From positions 1 to 13,351 of the forward strand of contig JAEOSH010000054.1 of assembly GCA_016840465.1 (NCBI GenBank): DNA of 13,351 nucleotides, written 5' to 3'. Made by a program: the position numbers and the translations under genes. The DNA comes from Candidatus Baldrarchaeum yapensis (lineage in GTDB: Archaea; Asgardarchaeota; Baldrarchaeia; Baldrarchaeales; Baldrarchaeaceae). Each line of letters begins with the position of its first letter. Position 1 is the first letter of the stretch. The notes beneath the pieces are model-generated. The model saw only the letters and a program-made list of their open reading frames with translations, had not been told where the DNA came from and made no database searches. Shown here piece after piece: positions 7,214 to 13,351 of this stretch.

Positions 7214-7525
7214 TCACTCGCTCTTTATTACCTTATACATGGCCTCGAACTCTATCTCCTCGTCCCCCTCATAGGAGTCCCTGTCGGGATCGAGCTCTAT
7301 CTCCTCTATCTCGACCTCCTCGACGTTCCCGCCATACTTCTCCTTTGCATCTTCGTCCTCCTTGAGGAAAAGCATCATGAGCTCCTTTAGCTTGTCTATG
7401 AGTTCATCCTCGAGGAAATCCCTATCCACGGGCTTTATCAATACTATTCGCCCGTGTATCGTCTCGCGCTCGAGGTCAACCTCCCAATCCTCTACTTCAA
7501 ATACCTCCCTTACGTTTTCCGCCAT
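7214..7525 (-). CDS. Very acidic hypothetical protein, 103 aa
   Basis: ATG with AGGAGG SD. Counted 37 D/E against 13 K/R. Patterned strands and a helix indicate a folded protein rather than low-complexity sequence. Confidence 0.85.
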   Translation of the reverse strand: MAENVREVFEVEDWEVDLERETIHGRIVLIKPVDRDFLEDELIDKLKELMMLFLKEDEDAKEKYGGNVEEVEIEEIELDPDRDSYEGDEEIEFEAMYKVIKSE

Positions 7526-7601
7526 CCGTAATACTTCCTCCTACAGCTGTATTAAGACCCGTAGTAGCAATATCAAACCTACAATTTATTAGCGTTATGG
7601 C

Positions 7602-7655
7602 AGAACCGCTTAGAGACTTCCGGTTCTCCGGTCCCACTACCGCAAAAGGAAGTCT
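7602..7655 (-). other. Intergenic RNA stem-loop with a competing alternative pairing
   Basis: AGACTTCC/GGAAGTCT (7614-7621, 7648-7655) encloses CGGT/ACCG (7629-7632, 7639-7642). AGAACCG/CGGTTCT (7602-7608, 7621-7627) is a second perfect 7-bp pairing. Confidence 0.55.
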
Positions 7656-7664
7656 GATTGTGCT

Positions 7665-8783
7665 TTAATCTCCAACTTTGGTCAACTTACTGAGCAGACT
7701 CAACCACTTTTCCGAAATCCTCCTAACATCAAACTCCATCGCCCGCTCACGGCAACGCCTCCTCATCAAGGACGGATATCCCTCCTTCCAGATGCGAACG
7801 GCCAATCTCACGATTTCCTTAGTGTCAGATGCAAGCCACCCCGTAATCCCATGAATCACCGTCTCCCCGGGCCCCTGTCTCCTATACGTCAAAACTGGAG
7901 TGCCACAAGCCATGCTCTCAATGGGTATGTACCCGAAGGGTTCCTCCGTAAACGGGAAGAATGTGAAGAGTGCATTAGAGTATAACCTCACCAAGCTCTC
8001 ATCGTCAACGTACCCCCTGATGTCGATATTTGGGTGATCGAGCAGTTCTCCCGGAACCACAGACAACGCCTTGGACCCGAACGCAACAATTTTAACACCA
8101 GCATCTGCCACCGCCTTGACCGCCGTGTAATCGGTCTCCTTACCGAAGTACACTAGAACATAGTCTCCCGACGGATCACTAGTGGACGGGCGGAAAACCC
8201 CCGTATCTAAGGGAGGGTATATCACGTCATAAACCCTGATACCCCGCTCCTCGTACGCGCGCCTCTGACTCTCCGAGTTTGCAATTACGACTCTCGAGAG
8301 TCCATAAACCCTCCTTATAAAATTTCTATCTACAACGTCAATGAAAGGCCTGAGCGCGAGGTATCCAACCTTATAGGGGGCGGGAAGTTGCGAGTACATG
8401 TTCCTTAGGGCTTCCGCAACAGAGCCCTGTACGTACCAAACGTCTGCGCGCGCCGCAACTGTGTTGGAGAAGTTCACAACAACGTCCGGCCTTTCCACAT
8501 CTTTTAGAACTCTCTTCATCTTTTTAGAATTGGTGGAAAAAACTGCCTCGCGCGCCCAGTGCTCGAAGAAGCCCACTGACGGCTCTCCCTTCATTAGGGT
8601 CCATGTATCGAGATTTAAAACCCTGATGCCGACCCCCTCAAACTCCTTAATATCGGCCAGAAACACAGGCGAAATCATGTAAACTTCATGACCCCGCTTG
8701 GAAAACTCCCTCCCAAGTAGGAACACCGGAGTTACGGGACCGTACCTTGACAATACCGGATCTGCAATCATGAAAATCTTCAT
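7665..8783 (-). CDS. GT4 (GT-B fold, Glycos_transf_1) glycosyltransferase, 372 aa
   Basis: MKIFMIAD start, RGHEV, VIANSES, VIYPPLD, GYVDD..L..LYSNA and the EEPFGYIPIESMACGTPV (E-x7-E) signature. ATG 8783 lies 2 nt after the upstream stop and is preferred to the track's TTG 8855. Confidence 0.93.
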   Translation of the reverse strand: MKIFMIADPVLSRYGPVTPVFLLGREFSKRGHEVYMISPVFLADIKEFEGVGIRVLNLDTWTLMKGEPSVGFFEHWAREAVFSTNSKKMKRVLKDVERPDVVVNFSNTVAARADVWYVQGSVAEALRNMYSQLPAPYKVGYLALRPFIDVVDRNFIRRVYGLSRVVIANSESQRRAYEERGIRVYDVIYPPLDTGVFRPSTSDPSGDYVLVYFGKETDYTAVKAVADAGVKIVAFGSKALSVVPGELLDHPNIDIRGYVDDESLVRLYSNALFTFFPFTEEPFGYIPIESMACGTPVLTYRRQGPGETVIHGITGWLASDTKEIVRLAVRIWKEGYPSLMRRRCRERAMEFDVRRISEKWLSLLSKLTKVGD

Positions 8784-8785
8784 CC

Positions 8786-10975
8786 CTAACACCACTCGCG
8801 CCAACACTCCCCTAAAAGCAAAATATCGGGAGACTCTAACCAAACAACGCCCCAAGGGATAGCAAAATATCCTTCGATAGATTTCACAAACAAAAAGGAA
8901 GCCTCGCCCTTTAGGGCGGGGTGGGTGATCTCGGCACCATTTAGAACATTGGGGGATGCCTGCCTTATTAATATCGTGTCAAGGCGCACCTCAATATCAC
9001 TCCGGATCCACGAAATGTACACCTTTACGTTAAAGGCAACGGTGCTGGTCCTGAAGATCATCGTCAGGCTCATCCATATACCCTTTGCCACGTCCGCCCC
9101 GTAAATCTCCTTGAGAAGAGTTGTGGACATGAGATTTTCGGCTTCCAGCGCGAGAACCATAACCTTATCCATTGGGGAGAGAAGGCCATTTATCTTGAGA
9201 CGTAACCTCACCTCATAAGTACCCGGGGGTAATGCGCTGACAAAAAGCGTGAAGAACCCATGGGAGGACGAACCGACCCCGTGCACCAGCACCTTCCCGC
9301 TCTCGGACGTTTCATCGCTGGCTATGTAACCGCTCTGTAAAGAAATACTTCTGTGATCGTAGACTTGAACAAACGGTACGTACTTTATAAGTTCACCACG
9401 ATACCCCAGCTTAAACAGCATGATGCCATCAACTGATGCAAGTAAACCGTATGGGTAGTCTCGTAGGTACCTGTAAAGGGTATCATTCATCCTCGCCGGA
9501 ACGGTGTCATAAAATATCGGAGGCCTCACAAACCACCTGCTCTTCACATCCACCAATATGTACTCGGGCACGAGCCCCGGCGGGAGGTTGGGACCATAGA
9601 CCTCAAAGCGGTTGCTCAAATGTGGAAGAAGATCGTTCTGCGACAAAACGGAGGCGTTGCCCGGAATAAGAGCCAAAACATCATTCAGGTACTTGTGCCT
9701 CTCGGTAATCACCGGAAACTCCAAGTTCTCCTTCCCACTTGCAAATCCCAGCGGGCTCAGAATGATCGCACAGATAAGCGATACCAGCAGAATCTTCTTC
9801 AATGTTCTGATCATCAGGTCCGTCGGCCTCGGAACCTGCAACCGCTTCAAGTTCCTTAACCCATAAACGAAGGCAACGAAGATCTGCCCGGTCACAAAAC
9901 CCGTATACTGCATGTATATGGATAAATACACGCTCATTCCCGGAATCTCGCTGTGCGGATCCGCCCTGCTGAGCAACGCCGGGATTATCCACGCCAAAGC
10001 CGGAATGAACTCGATAGGTGCAAATAAGGGAACGAACAGTAGCGGAAGCAGGAGCATTATCGGATATATTACCTTGTACCAAGGCGTTATCATGAAGAGA
10101 AATGCATCAACAGGATGCGTTATCACATTTACCACTATCTCGAGAGGTGTGCTCCCCCACTGATCCCAGAGCCGCGCGGCAAAGGTGCGCGCACCCACAT
10201 CCCCCGCAAGAATATTAGAAACCTTAACCGATAGAAGAAACCATATCGCACTCGCAACCGCCACCACAATTCCGTGCACCCAGTCCTTCCCCTTCCTTAA
10301 GCCCTTAAGCAGGAAGCTTACCCCTATCGCCGCAACTATTAACGCGGTGAATTCTATCGTCGAAAGAGCCAAGACCATGGAAACGTACATCCACCGGAAC
10401 TTCCGCATCTCGAAAAAGTACGCCATCAGAATTATGAACAACGGTATGAACGCTTCCGGATGAAAATCAAACCAGTTGAGCCCGTGAAGGGGAGGATAAA
10501 GCAAATATATCACGGAAACGACCACCGCCGACGTCCGGGATTCCAGAACTTCCTTCGCGAGAAAATACAGGGGAACCGCACCAGCCCCAATTGCCACAGT
10601 CTGGATAACGAGAAGAGTCTCGGCACACGGAAACAGCATGTAAAGGGGCAGTATCAGGAACAATATGGGGACAAAGTGCAGCCCGAAAAAGTTCCCGCTC
10701 GGAATCTTGTTCAGCTCATACGAGTAGTAAAAGGGACGGCCGTGGAGCGTGCTCCATAGAACCTGCATGTATATCCCGAGATCCCACCCCGTCGTCAAAA
10801 ACGCATAGTGCTTCATTACGGTCACGCTGGAGAAAACCACGATGTACACGAAAACCGCAATCATAACTACGAGCGTGCCCGTCTCGCAACTCCTATACAA
10901 AATCCTAACCCTTCTCGAGAACAACTCCTCCACTCGGCTCTTCCCATACGCGCCCGCCATAATCCCCATCCTCAT
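8786..10975 (-). CDS. DUF2079-family, GT-C-like multi-pass membrane protein with a C-terminal soluble beta domain
   Basis: WDLGIYMQVLWSTLHG, GLHFVPILFLILPLY..FP..ETLLVIQT and YPPLHGLNWFDFHPEAF motifs as recalled for DUF2079, plus many TM segments. The start may be ATG 10960 (GAGG upstream). The last 48 aa look non-native. Confidence 0.85.
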   Translation of the reverse strand: MRMGIMAGAYGKSRVEELFSRRVRILYRSCETGTLVVMIAVFVYIVVFSSVTVMKHYAFLTTGWDLGIYMQVLWSTLHGRPFYYSYELNKIPSGNFFGLHFVPILFLILPLYMLFPCAETLLVIQTVAIGAGAVPLYFLAKEVLESRTSAVVVSVIYLLYPPLHGLNWFDFHPEAFIPLFIILMAYFFEMRKFRWMYVSMVLALSTIEFTALIVAAIGVSFLLKGLRKGKDWVHGIVVAVASAIWFLLSVKVSNILAGDVGARTFAARLWDQWGSTPLEIVVNVITHPVDAFLFMITPWYKVIYPIMLLLPLLFVPLFAPIEFIPALAWIIPALLSRADPHSEIPGMSVYLSIYMQYTGFVTGQIFVAFVYGLRNLKRLQVPRPTDLMIRTLKKILLVSLICAIILSPLGFASGKENLEFPVITERHKYLNDVLALIPGNASVLSQNDLLPHLSNRFEVYGPNLPPGLVPEYILVDVKSRWFVRPPIFYDTVPARMNDTLYRYLRDYPYGLLASVDGIMLFKLGYRGELIKYVPFVQVYDHRSISLQSGYIASDETSESGKVLVHGVGSSSHGFFTLFVSALPPGTYEVRLRLKINGLLSPMDKVMVLALEAENLMSTTLLKEIYGADVAKGIWMSLTMIFRTSTVAFNVKVYISWIRSDIEVRLDTILIRQASPNVLNGAEITHPALKGEASFLFVKSIEGYFAIPWGVVWLESPDILLLGECWREWC
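8817..8871. repeat. Direct repeat AGCAAAATATC x2 (8817-8827, 8861-8871)
   Basis: Perfect 11-bp repeat with a 44-bp period upstream of the GT4 start. Confidence 0.6.
8897..8930. mobile_element. IS200/IS605-family terminal hairpin remnant (no tnpA/tnpB nearby)
   Basis: GGAAGCCTCGCCCTTTAGGGCGGGGTGGGTGAT: an 8-bp GC-rich stem (8902-8909/8914-8921) with a TTTA loop, closely resembling the recalled 'GAAGCCCCGCCCTTTAGGGCGGGGTAGTTCAC' element ends. Confidence 0.7.
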
Positions 10976-11205
10976 TCAACAGTCATTAATACGACACCAA
11001 GGCACATCATCCGTGGATACGGTGATACGAACATCACATCTCCTCATCTCAACCGATGACTACGAACATTCTTACAGCTCTCTGGATTAAAACTTGATGC
11101 TCTCAATGCATAAACATTCCAAAAAATTTGCTGCAAAGGACCCCTCTCGACAACGCATCAGCGTATTTTTCCATATGCCCACTCTTACCCTCCCGTGAGA
11201 CTCCA

Positions 11206-11310
11206 TCACGGTATCGGCTTTTTCAACAGGAAGAATATCGTTTTCCGCCCCTCCCTCTTCACCGACATGAGCAAACCCTCCTGACACACGAGTGCCAACA
11301 TTCTACGCAC
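11206..11310 (-). pseudogene. Fragment resembling the recognition helix and wing of a winged-helix regulator
   Basis: Reads VRRMLALVCQEGLLMSVKREGRKTIFFLLKKPIP*, matching the 'VRRxLxxLxxxGLlxxxRxGRxxxyxL' pattern. It is bounded upstream by in-frame stops (nearest TAA 11320-11322) and diverges from the MFS gene. Confidence 0.45.
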
Positions 11311-11313
11311 ACC

Positions 11314-11352
11314 CGATGATTACGCTTATATACGTCTAACGATGATTACGCT
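11314..11352. repeat. Direct repeat CGATGATTACGCT x2 (11314-11326, 11340-11352) flanking TTATATA
   Basis: Perfect 13-bp repeat with a 13-bp spacer. A near copy, CCGATGACTACG, lies at 11053-11064. Confidence 0.7.
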
Positions 11353-11381
11353 ACACCGTTCTAGAACCCTCCACTCCACGA

Positions 11382-11389
11382 TTTTTATA
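11382..11389 (+). promoter_or_regulatory. Candidate TATA box (TTTTTATA) for the MFS gene
   Basis: About 34 nt upstream of ATG 11423; SD GAGGTG at 11409-11414. Confidence 0.4.
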
Positions 11390-11422
11390 CTATCTATTGT
11401 CCTCCAGAGAGGTGCTAACACC

Positions 11423-12640
11423 ATGTCCGCAAGACGCGCCGTCATATCACTAACGGCATATAACGCGTTCCGGGGTCTGACCGTGGGAGGCTTCATGGCG
11501 CTCCTCCCCATGTACATGAGTTATCTGGGCTACTCCATGAGCAGCATCGGCGGCATAATTACCATCGCAAGCCTCCTACTGGCACTTATCCTCCCTGCCA
11601 TGGGCTACTTCATAGACCTACACGGACCCAAAACTTGGATCATAATAACCGGAATACTCATCATAGCCGCACCCCTAATGGCGTCAACCAGCACCACCCT
11701 CTTGGGTCTAGGCCTCGCTTACGGGCTGTTCCTTCTCTCATTTCTGGCAGGTCAACCTGCACGCATGACTTTCATTGCTGATAACGTCGACATAGATTCT
11801 ATGGGAGGAGCCGTCGGAACCATTATGAGCACCTTCAGTGCAAGCAGAACCATTGGACCGCTGATAGCAGGCATTATAGCAAGTTTATACGGATTTGTAT
11901 CCGCATTTCATGTATTGGCCTTCTCTTCAGTCATAGGTCTATTACTATTCATATTCCTGAGCAGAAAAGATTCCCCCCGCAAAAGAAAACCCAGAGGATC
12001 ACTAAAAGACTCCTACCTGAGGTTCTTCAGCCCGCCCCGAGGGTTCCGGGTAGCACTCTGCCTGATAGCACTCGACAGGTTATCATGGACCCTCTGGTAC
12101 CCCATGCTCTCCGCTCACCTCTACTCTCACGGATACAGCGAAATAGAGGTAGGAGCAATGTTCTCCACCACCGGCGCCATTCAGACGATACTATCGCCAA
12201 TCGCGGGATCTCTCACAGACCGATTGGGCGCATACTTAATACTGGCCTTCAGTGAATCCCTCGGAGTAATCGCCGCAATCCTTCTGATATTCCCAACCTC
12301 CGCCGCCGCGGTGTGGACATCAATGGTGGCAATCGGAGGAAGTATTGCCTTGTGGATCCCAGCATATAACGCCCTAATAGCAAAAGTCGGCGGCGGAACC
12401 GGTGAGGCCTTCGCAAGCGCAAACGCCGTCAGAGGCTTGGCAGGCGCACCGGGACCCTACATTGGAGGTTTAATATACGACATTATTGGTCCTGCCATCC
12501 CATTCGCCATCAGCAGTATCCTGCTAGTATTAACATCCCTAATCGCAATGACAGGTATCAAAAGCGCAGAAAAGGCCGTCTCAAAAATGCATAAATTCCC
12601 TCAAACGAACGACATGCCTCATAAATTTGAAACCTCATGA
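11423..12640 (+). CDS. Major facilitator superfamily transporter, 405 aa
   Basis: About 12 hydrophobic segments in two halves with motif-A-like loops GYFIDLHGPK and GSLTDRLGAY, plus GPLIAG and GPYIGGLIYD. ATG 11423 with GAGGTG is preferred to the track's 11342. Confidence 0.92.
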   Translation: MSARRAVISLTAYNAFRGLTVGGFMALLPMYMSYLGYSMSSIGGIITIASLLLALILPAMGYFIDLHGPKTWIIITGILIIAAPLMASTSTTLLGLGLAYGLFLLSFLAGQPARMTFIADNVDIDSMGGAVGTIMSTFSASRTIGPLIAGIIASLYGFVSAFHVLAFSSVIGLLLFIFLSRKDSPRKRKPRGSLKDSYLRFFSPPRGFRVALCLIALDRLSWTLWYPMLSAHLYSHGYSEIEVGAMFSTTGAIQTILSPIAGSLTDRLGAYLILAFSESLGVIAAILLIFPTSAAAVWTSMVAIGGSIALWIPAYNALIAKVGGGTGEAFASANAVRGLAGAPGPYIGGLIYDIIGPAIPFAISSILLVLTSLIAMTGIKSAEKAVSKMHKFPQTNDMPHKFETS

Positions 12641-12921
12641 AATCGACAGAATAGTAAAAACTTCTTGCCTAAAAATCGAAAATGCAGGAATTAAATCCGT
12701 GACAAGAAAACGCGAAAACACGGTAATGACATACCAAAGGCGTCCCTACTCGTAAATCGACCAACTCTTATCATTTCTGGTCCTCATTCCACCGTCAATT
12801 CCGTGCTACCGTAAAAGTAATTTACTCGTCCGATTCTCTGTAAATAAACCCGCCACGAACTCAATTCTTGTAAAAGGATGCAATCAACGGTGTGACTAGG
12901 CAGTACTACCGGTGAGTAATC

Positions 12922-13332
12922 ATGGTAAGGAGAGAAGACGTGGAATTGATAAGAAATCGTGCCTTGAGCATGCTTAGAGCCGCGCAACAGCATCTCGCGT
13001 CCGGCGATTATGACTTAGCGGCATTTATGGCAGAACAGGCAACACAACTCTTTTTGAAGTATAAAATACTCGAGTTAAGCGGGGAAATGCCAAGAACACA
13101 TGTTATAAGACAACTTCTCGGAATACTAGGTGAAATCTCAAAAACACAAGATAAAATAAGCAGATTTGTGAGAGAGAACAAATCCATAATCATCAGACTT
13201 GAAGAGGCGTACATCGCATCCAGATATTTATTTAAGAGGTACGAAAAGGATGAAGTGGAGGACCTCGTGGATTTCGCAGAAAAGGTGATCGATTTTGTTA
13301 GAAATATTCAGATTCCGCATGAAGATGAGAAG
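12922..13332 (+). CDS. HEPN-domain protein (COG2250-like, MNT-HEPN toxin-antitoxin type), 3' truncated; not in the ORF track
   Basis: Manual translation from ATG 12922 (GGTGA upstream): MVRREDVELIRNRALSMLRAA...GDYDLAAFMAEQATQLFLK...GEMPRTH...RLEEAYIASRY...FAEKVIDFV. It has the EQA/LK, TH and RY motifs. No stop occurs before the adapter. Confidence 0.88.
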
Positions 13333-13351
13333 CTGTCTCTTATACACATCT
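13333..13351 (+). other. Tn5 mosaic end / Nextera adapter (library artefact)
   Basis: Exact 19-bp CTGTCTCTTATACACATCT as the last bases of the window. Confidence 0.97.

Noticed and set aside
7602-7655. SECIS or H/ACA interpretation of the hairpin
   Set aside because: No in-frame TGA read-through candidate in the flanking genes, and no K-turn or properly placed ACA box.
8784-8855. Track start TTG 8855 for GT4
   Set aside because: It adds 24 non-family residues overlapping the upstream ORF; MKIFMIAD at 8783 is a typical GT4 N-terminus.
7602-8930. Idea that the two hairpins are the ends of one IS200/IS605 derivative carrying GT4 as cargo
   Set aside because: The two hairpins share no sequence, and GT4 fits functionally with the adjacent DUF2079 gene. 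An empty-site comparison would be needed to revive the idea.
1392-10759. Numerous short ORFs overlapping the long genes (e.g. 1589..1864, 2719..3066, 3805..4344, 4415..4861, 6401..6703, 9681..10082, 10460..10759)
   Set aside because: They lie antisense or out of frame within well-supported CDSs, with Ser/Arg/Pro-rich non-protein-like composition.
11087-11287. 66-aa minus-strand ORF
   Set aside because: No recognisable motif or good SD; the wHTH-like signal is in a different frame.
11314-11352. Mini-CRISPR reading of the repeat-spacer-repeat
   Set aside because: The repeat (13 bp) and spacer (13 bp) are far too short, there are only two copies, and no cas genes are present.
11342-11422. Track start 11342 for the MFS gene
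   Set aside because: That ATG lies inside the direct repeat; ATG 11423 has a canonical GAGGTG SD and a nearby TATA.
7600-12640. Impression of an A/C-rich plus strand regardless of gene direction (possible acquired segment)
   Set aside because: Not quantifiable by eye and confounded by membrane-protein codon bias; it needs sliding-window GC-skew and tetranucleotide analysis.
12641-13214. ORFs 12784..12993 and 13008..13214 (-) and the 281-bp gap before HEPN
   Set aside because: The ORFs are partly or wholly antisense to the HEPN gene and have no motifs; I found no convincing repeat, structure or gene remnant in the gap.
13333-13351. A genuine Tn5/IS50 insertion
   Set aside because: The mosaic end is a synthetic hybrid of the IS50 ends and sits exactly at the contig terminus.

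Overview
Archaeal DNA, probably from a thermophile, judged from archaeal-type mptE, vapBC and HEPN genes, TATA boxes and GGAGG/GGTGA ribosome-binding sites; the lineage cannot be fixed from this window. Gene order: an edge-truncated amidohydrolase (-, absent from the ORF track); a small ORF with a possible acyl-CoA-ligase remnant; a second amidohydrolase (+); vapBC (-); a probable operon of an ArsR-like wHTH regulator, a membrane-anchored beta-repeat protein and mptE (+); an unknown pair of a ~6-TM protein and a 101-aa protein (-); a very acidic 103-aa protein (-); a GT4 glycosyltransferase and a DUF2079/GT-C-like membrane protein (-); a decayed wHTH fragment facing an MFS transporter (+); and a HEPN gene (+, absent from the ORF track) cut off by a Tn5/Nextera adapter at the contig end. 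Main unexplained signals: four 16-aa repeats in the membrane-anchored protein, an IS200/IS605-type end hairpin read through in frame by the DUF2079 gene, a two-state RNA hairpin between GT4 and the acidic protein, and perfect direct repeats in three upstream regions. All family calls are motif recognition by eye, not database searches. No tRNA, rRNA or CRISPR array was seen.
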